Shown here: one piece after another, positions 14,718 to 25,319 of the stretch
How the letters are laid out: every line of letters starts with the position of its first letter
Numbering within the stretch: position 1 is the first letter of the stretch
Source of the DNA: Rhodosorus marinus CCMP1338
Lineage: Eukaryota > Plantae > Rhodophyta
Reading direction: 5' to 3'
Assembly: GCA_029953675.1 (NCBI GenBank)
Contig: JAMWBK010000010.1
Span: forward strand, 1,302,001-1,366,000
Length of the DNA: 64,000 bases
Notes under the pieces: model-generated
The model's input: the letters and a program-made list of their open reading frames with translations, nothing else
Database searches by the model: none
Told to the model about the DNA's origin: nothing
Translations under genes and position numbers: made by a program

Positions 14718-15476
14718 TTAAACTTTCCAGGCCTCAGCGTGTAAGCACTCAAACTCCTTGTTGCTACTGAGGGTTGGCGACGTGAAAGTCTCACAATATG
14801 ATGAGGTTCCGTGAAGCAGCTCGGAGTCAATACGAATCGCATTACCCTCTGGTCCAGTACCGACTGCGATGTAGTTTCTCGTTTTTATCTGGTAACTCTT
14901 ATTGGTCCTGCTCCAAGGGTACGTTTGGACTTTGCCGTCATTGTCAAACTTGAAGACAAAGTTCTCTCCCGTTCCCGTACTCTTCAGTTCTGATGCCTTG
15001 GACCAATCTCCCATGCAAAACGCACCAAAGCGAGCATGGTTTGAGTCCTCAAAGAGAAGCAAGGAAGGTACCGTACCACGAAGGTTGACACACATATGAG
15101 CAAGGCTGAAACCATCCACTTCAGTACTGAATAACCTTGTCAGAGTCGACATTTGAAATCGAGAAGGGAAGGCCAGGGCTAAGTCGTTCCAGTCGGACTC
15201 AGCGGAGACTATGCTCGATTCGCCGTTGAGCTTGACTTTCGCTTCCGGGGCAATGTGCGCCGTCGAAAGCAAAGATGCTTGAGCAGCAATTGGCAGAGCT
15301 GACGCAGAGCTTGCATCCGATCCAACGGTAGCGTTTTGGTTGCGCGCTGTAGGTCTTTGTTGGACAGTAGATTGTTTAGGTTGTCCCCCCCTTACATTCC
15401 TGAAGAACCTGTACGACAACAACATGAACAACAGCTGCAGTCCAAGCAGAAGCGAAACGATCAAAGCCGCAATCAT
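14718..15476 (-). CDS. TLDc-domain protein (OXR1/Rtc5-like); 5' end uncertain
   Basis: LFSTEVDGFSL..M, LLLFED....FGAF, GTGENFVFKF, YPWSRTNKSY, YIAVGTG....IRIDSEL..GTSSYCETFTSPTLS, FEC..AEAW are TLDc hallmarks. Confidence 0.88.
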   Translation of the reverse strand: MIAALIVSLLLGLQLLFMLLSYRFFRNVRGGQPKQSTVQQRPTARNQNATVGSDASSASALPIAAQASLLSTAHIAPEAKVKLNGESSIVSAESDWNDLALAFPSRFQMSTLTRLFSTEVDGFSLAHMCVNLRGTVPSLLLFEDSNHARFGAFCMGDWSKASELKSTGTGENFVFKFDNDGKVQTYPWSRTNKSYQIKTRNYIAVGTGPEGNAIRIDSELLHGTSSYCETFTSPTLSSNKEFECLHAEAWKV

Positions 15477-16408
15477 CTGTCTAAACAGTTTCTACCACAT
15501 CAGCAGATCGCGTCCCACTCAATCGGCCTCGCGACAGCTACCCAAACGAATTCTATCCAAAGCACCAGTGTACTGTACACCATCCTTTTGCCATGCCAAC
15601 AGCTGCGAATGGAAAAGCTTGCAGCGATCTAGTGTTTTAAGCTGCGTTGGTGTGAGTTCATGGAGGTTAATATTGACTTGAACTCGTGCATGCCCTCCAG
15701 TATACGTGTAACACATAGTCGCCTTTGGACAGCGCCTTATGATGGATCTTAGCGTGACGATTGGCGTTGGGTCACAGCGAAGCTCAATCGCTTTTAGCCT
15801 CAGCAATAGATAAGGTCGCGTCGTTCGGTGATGGTATTGGGTCGTTCTTCAAAGGAAAGACCTTGCAGTACCCATGGCTTGTGGGTTCTCGGCGAGGATG
15901 ACCTTGGAATCATCAACACTTGCTTCCAAGTTTTCTTAACGGCTGTTGATACGTATATTAGAAATGAAGCCATCAGTTGACCTATTTGAGAGAGCCGTTG
16001 AACCAAGGCTTGAGCCCTGAAGGGAGTACACTACTTGTCACATTCTTAACAATGTCCTTTTGTTGTTGTGCGGGTTCGCGCTTGTCAAGGTTTTCCTATT
16101 CAACAAATTTCTGAGTTCCCCATGGAAACGAGCGGAAGCGACGACCGTTTTCCACCCAGAGGCATATTCCAGAATTTCAGCGCCAGGAACCTAAAATATC
16201 CTTGTTTAGGTAATTCACTCTCAGATATAAGTGGTTCGTCCTAATATTCAATTTTACTGAATAAATTCTATCCTTAGTGTTTGTGCTGCTGTCCTAGGTT
16301 GCTCACGAACGTAAATATTGCAGAATCCAAATTTATCGACAAACAGTGTTTTAGGAACGCACGGTTTTCGTCGTCGTTAATAAGTCTGTGGAAAGCTGCT
16401 GTTCCACG

Positions 16409-17047
16409 ATGGGAGGGAAGTTGGGCCGGTCTGGAGAGAAGCTGAAAGAGATTGCGTCCTCGTTGAACACCATGGATTCTATAAGAGATGCAAGAGAAAA
16501 GCACAAGCGGAAGCTTGCTGCCTCGAAGGAGTTGAAGCTTCGAAGGTTACGAGTGGCAAGGGATGGCGCAGCAGCATCGGACGAAGTAGAGGTAGCTCGA
16601 AAGAATGAGGGTAAGAAGAGAACGCGTGTTGAGCTGAAGGATTGTTCTTTCCTGAGCACTGGGCGAAAGCAGGCGAAGGAAAATGGAGAAAGCGCTTCAA
16701 AACCCAACGGAACTACCCCAAGGAAGCGGCGCCGGCCGAAAGGAGACGTTGAACAGCTCAGCGCGGACAAAAGTGAGGAGAAACAAGACAGAGCTTCAAA
16801 CAAGTCAGAGGAGATCGATGATTTGTTCAAGGGGAAAAAGAAGAAAAAGACCTCAACCGAACCTGGGGTGAACGCTGGGAGTCAATCGTTGAAATCCAGT
16901 AGAGGAGGTCGGAGGCCACTGGATTCGGAGGAGATGCGCTATACAGAGGACGGTCTCAGAATATATACCTACGACGATTTGAAACGTGACCAACCTGAAG
17001 GCTTGAACGGACCATGTCCATTTGATTGCAACTGCTGCTTCTACTGA
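16409..17047 (+). CDS. DUF1764-family Lys-rich protein of unknown function
   Basis: EEIDDLF, RYTEDGLRIYT and C-terminal GPCPFDCNCCF match the DUF1764 motif as recalled. ATG at 16409. Confidence 0.85.
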   Translation: MGGKLGRSGEKLKEIASSLNTMDSIRDAREKHKRKLAASKELKLRRLRVARDGAAASDEVEVARKNEGKKRTRVELKDCSFLSTGRKQAKENGESASKPNGTTPRKRRRPKGDVEQLSADKSEEKQDRASNKSEEIDDLFKGKKKKKTSTEPGVNAGSQSLKSSRGGRRPLDSEEMRYTEDGLRIYTYDDLKRDQPEGLNGPCPFDCNCCFY

Positions 17048-17136
17048 CACAGAGCTGTCGCCAACTATGAAAAACATGACACGTGGAATCTGTACACAAA
17101 TGCAGGATGTAACGCCAAACTACACCGCCACGAAAA

Positions 17137-17817
17137 CTAACCAAATCCTTTCCGATTTCTGTCCTGAGCGGAAACCTATTTAAGAAGCCCTTCGGTCAGC
17201 TTGTATATCCCAGCCAATTAAAAAAGCACAAGGATACCTGCCTTCCTACCTGCCTATTGAAAGCCAACAACTGCTTGGTGGCGTCTTCAAATTCAGTGAT
17301 GGGCATGTGGATCGAGATGGTGGAAATGAAACATCTGTCTTTGCCCGGCCGGCCCCATTGCCAATAGGAGACGCTCCCAGGAGTTTATTTCATAAAAACC
17401 GAATTTTCGAATGAATCTGATCGAAAAGGAAGTTCTTGTACGGACTGTGAGATGTTCATCGCGAATTGGTTGCGTGATGATGACTGAAGATTGCGGAACA
17501 GGCCACGTTGGGGGGCAGGACCAACCCATCGCAGCCTTTGGAGCGATCGACTGGGCTACCCAAAACACGCAAATGCAAATCCAGCAGAAAATGAGGACGC
17601 CACTGCAGAGCACGAGAGAACCACCAAGAAGCTCCTTTGCCTCACAGCAGCACACCTCGCTATTTCGCCATTCGCATGGGGCGCAGATCCTAACGGTCCA
17701 CGCTTAGTGACTCCTAAGCACGCAAGCAAACCGTAACCCCCGTAGATGGAAAGCTCCGGCGGAATTAGTAAAAACCACGTTTTCCGGACCAATTGATTGT
17801 GAACGAGTAGCTTCCAT
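17137..17817 (-). CDS. Putative small multi-exon gene with a hydrophobic segment; model uncertain
   Basis: ATG 17817. Plausible 76-bp first intron (GTCCGG..CTTAG) and terminal intron 17249-17176 giving ...LLAFNRQVSAQDRNRKGFG*. Sense-strand G-rich leader at 17900-18200 resembles those of the other genes. Confidence 0.3.
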
Positions 17818-18295
17818 AGGGTCGGCCCTTCTCTATTTCCATTTCCCAAAACTCAATATCAGGTCACAACACACCAGATCGATGGAAAATAATGAAAAGA
17901 AAAATCCATGTGGCAATGATCAAGGGCTTCAAAATACGCTAAAAAAAAGGAAAAAGGAGCGATCTCCGCCTCCGTCGGTAAAATACTTGAGAACACGACT
18001 CCGATCATCATTCACCGATCATCGCGTATCGAAAATTTCATCGAACAGCCTTTCCGCCTCCATCCACATCCTCCTCTTGGCCCCCCAAAGCCTTCCCCAA
18101 CCCCCTCCCCCCATTGGAAACTTCCAAAACCAAAGCCTTGTACGCAAGTTTTCCCCTTTTCATTTTCCTTCCTTAGACCCTAACAATGCAAAACAGGTTA
18201 TCCAGGGGATTGGAGTCAACAAAACGACTTTCAAAAAATCGAATATCTCCTGTATTGAATAGACAAACAAATTAACAATATCCCATGTCTTTTGC

Positions 18296-18356
18296 GCGGG
18301 AACTGTTACAGTATTTCATAAAAATAACATTTTTCAATGACAGAAGTCGCGGGAAA
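18296..18356. promoter_or_regulatory. E2F-type sites upstream of RBR
   Basis: GCGGGAAC at 18296-18303 and GCGGGAAA (reverse complement of TTTCCCGC) at 18349-18356, about 960 bp upstream of the RBR ATG. Confidence 0.4.
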
Positions 18357-19313
18357 ATTTACCTTGATCATTCAATTTATGAGAAAATATCCAGGAGATC
18401 CTCTTCCTTATTTCTATTCTAATTTTATTCAAAATTTCATCTACTGACTTGCTGAACATTGGCCCGGCACCTCAATCACTTTAGCCCGAATGAAAAATCT
18501 CACGGCCCAGAATTCCACAATTTTTTGGGGTTTTTAGTAAAATATACTAGCCTATCGTAAACTGGTCCAAATGAATAGATCTAGGAAAATGTAGATAGCG
18601 GAGGGGGCTGAAATTGTCCGTAGTACTATTTTATGTTCGTTTTTTGCTATAGTTTAGCTTTTCCTACCCGAAAATAGGGGGTGTGAAAGGTCCAGAAGTT
18701 TGTTGCAAGTGTAGACCGAGAGAGCCCCCGGCATTCCTATTCGCTTAGTAGCATATCCTTAAGTTTTTAGTGTTTTTTTTTTTTTTCAGAGATAATCCTC
18801 GTAAAGACAAAAAGACACCACCTTTAGTGGTTTGTTTTTGGGTGGTTGCATTGCTAAAATGGGTTTGGAGGTCCAGGATTTGGTGTCGTTTTTTTTGGTT
18901 TTGTTTTGTACTTTCTTCCTTTTTTTTGGTTTAGAGGAAGGAGCTCGTATATTGTGTTTTCAGAGGCTGCGGGGATTTTAGTGATTTTGGGGGGGTAGTT
19001 CCTCAGCATGGGAGGAGGGGGGTGAGATGGGATATTGAGAGAGGCTTTGTTGAGAAGGAATCTTTTCTAAGGAAAGGTTTCAATAGATGAAAGCAAGGCT
19101 TGCGGTTATATATACAAATTGGACTTTCTTGGATGAGAGATTTTGAGGAGAGTAGCCTAGGTGAGGTAGGCTTTTGAGGAAGGGTTTGGTTGGGGCTTTG
19201 GGGTGGAGGAGGGATGGTGTGATTAGTACTAGGCTGAACGAGCGGGTTGCGGTGGAGGTGAGTTGGGGGAGGGTTTTGGGTTGAGGTAGCTTTGGGTGGG
19301 TGGGGGAGGGAAC

Positions 19314-22300
19314 ATGGTTGGAACGTCTGTCTCTGAGGCTGCGTGCCGGCCTGCGTCTGAGGAGGAGTGTATCCGGGCATTGCAACAGACTGCGGATGAG
19401 ATCTCTGCACCGGAGGCTGTTCGCTGCAGAGCGATTGCTCTGTTCAAGGGGAATTATCCGACGGTGAAGGGGGTGCGTGCTTCCTGGGTATAATCATTGC
19501 AGGAGCTAGTGCTGTGCTCTGACCGAAGCGTTTTCTTTTGCCCTACCAGATTGATAATTCGGAGAGTCAGCTTAGGTACTGGGCAGCATGCTCGCTGCTG
19601 GCTGCCAGCTACTCTTCGTGTCCTATTCCAGTCGCCAGAGTAATGAAAGCTGCTGGGAGGCAGTTGAAGGTTACTGAATTCTTCGAAAGGACGAAACTTG
19701 CTCTGCGAATGAAAGGGAATGAACAGGACTGCGACAAAGGTGTTCCTCACGTTCGCCGACTGGAAAGAGCTTTCATGGTCACAGCCGATATCTTTCGCAA
19801 GTATTTGTCCATTTTCGAGAAGCTCGTCCCGGTCTTCTCAGCGGATGTGTTTAAGGTACTGAGCGATGAGAGCTCGGACAGAAAGTTTTTCCGGGCGCTG
19901 TGGCTATTTTTCATCAACTACAAAGGAATAATTTTCCACTCGGGAAACGAAAGGTCTCCGCTGCTCGACCGGGTGCCTGCCTTCCTTTTCCTTGTTGCCT
20001 GCGTTATTTGCGCTACGCAGAATCTTGATGGGCTCAAACCAAATGCCGAGGTTGGGCCACCTTTGAAAAGGCTCAAGACCGGAGAGGATCAGATTCGGAG
20101 CCGAATTCGAACGCTGTGCAAGGACACGCGATACATAGAGTCGGACGTACTTCATTACATAGACTCTCTACGGGTAATGTAGCATGAACACACAACCAAC
20201 TGGTCAATATTGCTGCATCCTAAACACAAAGCTTTTGTGGTGAACGGTAAACTGTGGATAGGAAACTGTTCCAAGGGACACACTAGCGCTTCTACCCATT
20301 TCCAGCTCCTCGGATTCTAGGCCCTTGGACGCTCTACTGGAAAAGCTTACGAAAGAGTACGAAGAGCAGATACATAACCCCAACGGAGATGGCACAATCG
20401 ATGAGAGATTGTTCACGGACGCGCCCGAGTTTTTGGGTGTTACTCAAACTGTGGAGAAATTCGACCTCCTTGCAAAGCCGTATGTGCCAACTGGAACCGG
20501 AGAGTACTATATGAAGCTCACAAAGTCAAGCGGAGATGCGCTTGATGCTTTGGCGGCAGTGGCCCACGTGTCCCCGAGATCTCCCTGCGAAACAACAATG
20601 CAGAAGGTTCCGAAGCCCATTCCTCAGACCCCAGTTTCTGTGAGCATAGTGTCCGTCACGTGGTTGAAGAGCTTGGCTGACACTCGACCGGAGAATGCTG
20701 GATCGTCCCCGCCCAAGCAGTCCCAGCACTTTGAACGCATGCTTTCCCGAGGTAAGGGAAAAGACTGCTTTCGAGCACGTTTAACATGAATGATGGATTT
20801 TTTTTCACCAATGAGCCTTCCGTTCTATCAACCAGAATCCTGGATAACAATTTGTAGCCGGGCACAGAAGATGCTGAGCACGTACTTAAGAAAGAATTAT
20901 GGTACAATCGCCGCGAACCAGAAGATACGAGAAGCAACAGCCGTTTACTTCTCCAGCTTGGAGGGCATTATGCGCGCGGAGGAAAAGCGGTTGAAAACAT
21001 CCAACCTAGACGCGCTTGCGCACAATGGAACGTTTCATAGTGCGCTCCTGGCGATATCTTGTGAAACTGCTTCAGTGGCGTATGGGCGCAGAGAGTTCGC
21101 CCCGTTTCCCAAGATTCTCGACGATTTGGATATTGAACCATTCGATATGACCAAGGTAATAGGCCGTGAGAGTAATTCGGGTTACGGATAATGAATTTTG
21201 GTTCGCAGGAATAATTTTTTTTTGACCGGATGATTCCCCGAGTATGAGCAAGTTGCTTAACAGCGCCTTCGTCTTCATAGGTTGTTGAGTCGTTCATCAA
21301 GCACACCCCTGGTCTGCCGAAGGCCATTGGCCGGCATCTGCTTCGATGCGAGGAGCGAATTCTGGAGAAGTTAGCCTGGATGCCCGGATCTGCTCTAGTC
21401 AGATCTTTAGAAATTAGAGAAGAAAAGTACCGAGTAGAGAATGGAAGCGCTGAAGACTCACAGCAGTCGGACACGGGCAATTTTAGCCAAGGCACGGTTG
21501 ACCTCATATCATCGAGCCAACTGTCAGAGTCGGTACACGAAACTGGAAGGACGGCTGAAATCCCTTCTGTTGGGAACGAAAGCCACGGTGTAGCTGAATC
21601 TGCTGGAGTAGTTCCCAGACCCTTCGTTGAAGTGCCTGAAGCGGCTTTAGATATCTTTTTCCGAAAGCTTCTTTTTGTGGGCTCTGCGAGGCTTCAGGCA
21701 CTATCGACGCGTTCGGGATTGTCGTCTGTACAAGTGGAGAATGTTTGGAGCGCTCTCAAATACATTATTTCGGAGAAGTGGAGGTTGATAATCGGCCGTC
21801 ACCTGGATCAGATGATCATGTGCTGTGTGTATGGCGTTGCGAAATTAAGCCAGGAAACATCCTCGATGAAGTTCTCTGACATTACCCGCTGGTATGAGAT
21901 GCTCCCTCACACGAGAGAGGAGTCCTTCAAGCAGTACGTGAGCTCGATTTACGTGGACGTGAAACTCTCTGGAGACGGAAAAAATGAGCAGGGGGATATT
22001 ATTAAGTTCTACAATCACGTGTTCGTGCAGAGCATGAAAGGCTTCCTCTTGGAATGTCGATCTCGAGATCCGACCAAGAAGGGTATGGCTTCAGAGGATA
22101 TCAGAAACATGAGCAGGGATCCCATCAAGGCTCAGATCTCAGCTTCTTCCATGAGAAGGACGTCGAACACCGAACAGCAACCTAGAGTTGTCGGAAAGGT
22201 GCGTCCGACTACCCACTGTGGTCGCCTCTTGAGATTTGAGGGGGACGATCTCTCTCCTTCGTCTTTTTCTTTACCAACCCGTTTTCTTCTCCATCTTGAT

Positions 22301-22684
22301 TAGGTGAAGATCAGTTCAATGAGCCCTTCGTCGAGGATGCAAATGTCGCGTGCTGGATTCGGAGCTCCACTAGGGACTATGTCACCTGCGACCAGGACAC
22401 TGTATGCGTTTGGTGAGAGCCCAGTCCTGAACTACCACAACTTGAACAGGAACTTGGAGGAGGGTCGACGACTTCGACTCAACTCTCGGGAAGAGAACAG
22501 CGAAGAATCAGCCGTGAATGCGATTTGGCGGAAGTACGCTGATGTTTTCTCAATGGCACCCGTCGCAGGCTTCGCCGTGGACAACGACAAAGCCAAACCT
22601 GTTCCGACGAAACTGGGTGCCCGCGCTGGGAAACCACCCCTGCCTGTCGATACAAATAGCCCAACGAAAAGGGACGGCCAGTAA
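19314..22684 (+). CDS. RBR: Retinoblastoma-related protein, 6 exons
   Basis: Pocket A (FHSALLAISCE..FPKILDDL..EPFDMTKVVESFIKH..GRHLLRCEERILEKLAW), pocket B (IFFRKL..RHLDQMIMCCVYGVAKL..DIIKFYNHVF), C-terminal TLYAFGESP, many SP/TP sites. Introns at about 19474-19549, 20175-20261, 20752-20834, 21156-21280, 22199-22283. Confidence 0.95.
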
Positions 22685-22896
22685 GTAGCCGTCTCCGAAC
22701 GTATCAATTTCGCGAAGGTTTGGTCAAAAGTCTATTTATAGCCTCATCAGTAAGAAAGGTAGTCCCTTGCACTCTAGTTAGTGAAGGAAGTAAAGATTCG
22801 GTGGGATATATTTTGCATTAACGAGCAGCTCGACCACCGATAGTGTTTTCCAGAGGATCCTGTGAATATGTCCTCAAGCGCAGAAGTTTTCAAGTG

Positions 22897-23827
22897 TTAG
22901 TTGTTGAGCTGTGGAAAAATGTCTAGCAGAGATACTCCTGTCTCTTCACTGTTTCCCAATTCAGGGAATATTTTTCTCGCTCCCTCGAACTTTTGGTCTT
23001 TGGTTGAGTCAGTGTAAGTGATCACGCATTCCATACCAGCGGCAAGAGCTGCCTGAAGCCCTATCAAGCTGTCCTCGATCACAACGCAATTACTAGGAGA
23101 AACGTTCATCCTTTCGCTGGCGACGTTATAGATTGTTGGGTCCGGCTTCTTCTTTGGCACGTCGTCTCCGGCAAGAATGACATCGAAATTGGAAAGTCGT
23201 TCCTCTCCGACTAGGTTGTTGAGAACATACCAGACAGAGCTCTTTGTTGCAGCCGAACAGATTGCGAGTTTGAGCAACCCATCGCTCCTGGCGGCGATCG
23301 CATCGTCCATGAATCGAGCTACTCCAGGTCGAAGGGATGCAACACCTCCCGCAATGTACTCCTGATATATTTCCTGATCGATTGATGGAGAGGTAGATAG
23401 ACTCAGAAACGCGCTGAGCATGAACAAGCCATCATCACAGATACCATACCGTTTTCCGATCTTGTAGTTGGTCGATCAGGAAGGTCTCGGCGTCTGAAGA
23501 AGAGGGAGATGGACCCAGCTTTGAAGCTGGCCAGCCGTACGTTCTAAAGTAGTATCTCATCTTCGGCTTTCCGCCGCCGACCTTATTCTGGAGCTCGTCA
23601 TAGTACTCAGGAGTCCACTCATATTCAACATCAAACTCCCTGAACACCTGATTGTAGGCGTCACGATGCAGCGACTCGGACTCCAAAATAACTCCATCAC
23701 AATCAAAAATCAGCGCCTGGCTCGCTTTACAAACCAGTCCACCTTGTCTACACACAGACCGTCTCCCCCTCACCGCCGTTACATCACCCTGGATCAGAGT
23801 AAAATTACCTACAACAAACCCGATCAT
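22897..23827 (-). CDS. cbbY: CbbY-like HAD phosphatase (xylulose-bisphosphate phosphatase type), plastid-targeted
   Basis: Transit peptide MIGFVVG. HAD motif I LIFDCDGVILESE, VGGGKPKMRYYF, LAICSAATKSSV, KKKPDPTIY, VIEDSLIGLQAA. Intron 23449-23374. Confidence 0.9.
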
Positions 23828-25319
23828 CGCGAAAAATCTGTCCTGTCACTCAACAAACACCTTCTCCCAAAACTTTACGCACTCCAAAGTCTCCTCCTTA
23901 ACCAAATGTAGTCCCGAGTTGCACATCGACAACTCAATCCGTGCTCAACACTCGAAACCTGCTGAGATCGTCTCGCTTATCTAGAAAATCCGTTTCTTGT
24001 TTGTAAATAGTTTTTCTCAAGTATATTCTCGAAGGATGATGACAACCAAAGGTGGGTTTCACAGCTGGGAGAAATTATCGGAATTTCTTGTTTGACATGG
24101 AATGGGACAAAAAGATAAGTCTTCGATTTTTGGGGACAAATTATGGGACAGACGCACCTTGGGTTTAGTGGAGCATGGAGAGGATGCTCGTTCCCATTGA
24201 GTGGAAACTATATGCTATCGAGAAAGATCGGAGTACTGCGTACCTGAGCGAGCTCGTCTGGGGTGGTTATTTCGTGAGATAAATCTGAACTGCGGAACGC
24301 TCGAAAAGTTGAGTAGTGGATGAGCTGGAGTGCGTTCTTCTTCGAACGTCAGCGTATGTAGGCTTATGACAAGAGGCGTTGATCAAAACCACTGTTCGTG
24401 CCCTGGGCATGCTTCAAGACCTTAAACCGTGTTTGTAGAGTGCTTTGGTTTCCTGGACAGAGATTGCTTTGTAGGTCAAAGGCGACTAATCCCAAAACAG
24501 GCTCGATCGATTTGTGCTGTTTTCGAAAACCTTCTGGGTTGAAAAGCAACTCTATTCGAGGTTGGGTGACCACTACGACACTATAAAAGCAAGCGAGTAC
24601 GGCAGATCTCGTCGATAAACTTGTTCTTAGTTCCAACAAATACCCTCTTAAAAAAATCGTGTTGTCTGGTCAGCCAAAACCGTAGCCAGCCACTTCGTCA
24701 ACATTCACAAAAGTAACCTACCAAGAAAGTTCAGAATACCAACCCTGGCTCTTCACATGACCACAAGAGCCTTGCTGTGCCATAAAATACTAGGCAGCTG
24801 CCCTGCCATCCCTCTTGGTCATCAACAAAGCACGGGCTCCCCTGGAGGCACGTCACCCTGAACAAGCCGTAAGAACATCCATACCAACATACGATGGCAG
24901 GCGTCCTTACCACTCAAATTCATTCGAAAACCAGGCTTTATCGCGTTCTCAAGTTCTGACGAAGAAGGGGACGGAGGCACGGCCATGTATCATTCGCCAC
25001 ATTTCTTGGCCAGAAAAATTCATTGGTGAAACTTTTTTTTGAGTGATTTCGAGGTTTCTGACGATGACGAAGGGAAATTGAAGCATCTCAAGTAACACTC
25101 GCCACAAGTCTGGCCCTTGAATTTTTCTAAGCTTTTTTCTAACTCTGTGAAGAACGAAGTCAATCGCCGAGTTGGCGTCGGGTTGGGAAGGGATTTAAGA
25201 GGATGGACCGGGTGCGGGCTTGGTAGGTAGAGTAGGAGTTGGGCGTGCAGTTAGCAGTTGGGAACAAGGATTCGCTGGAATCTGGTTTCTTTGGTTTTTT
25301 TGTGTTTTAGGAATTATTT

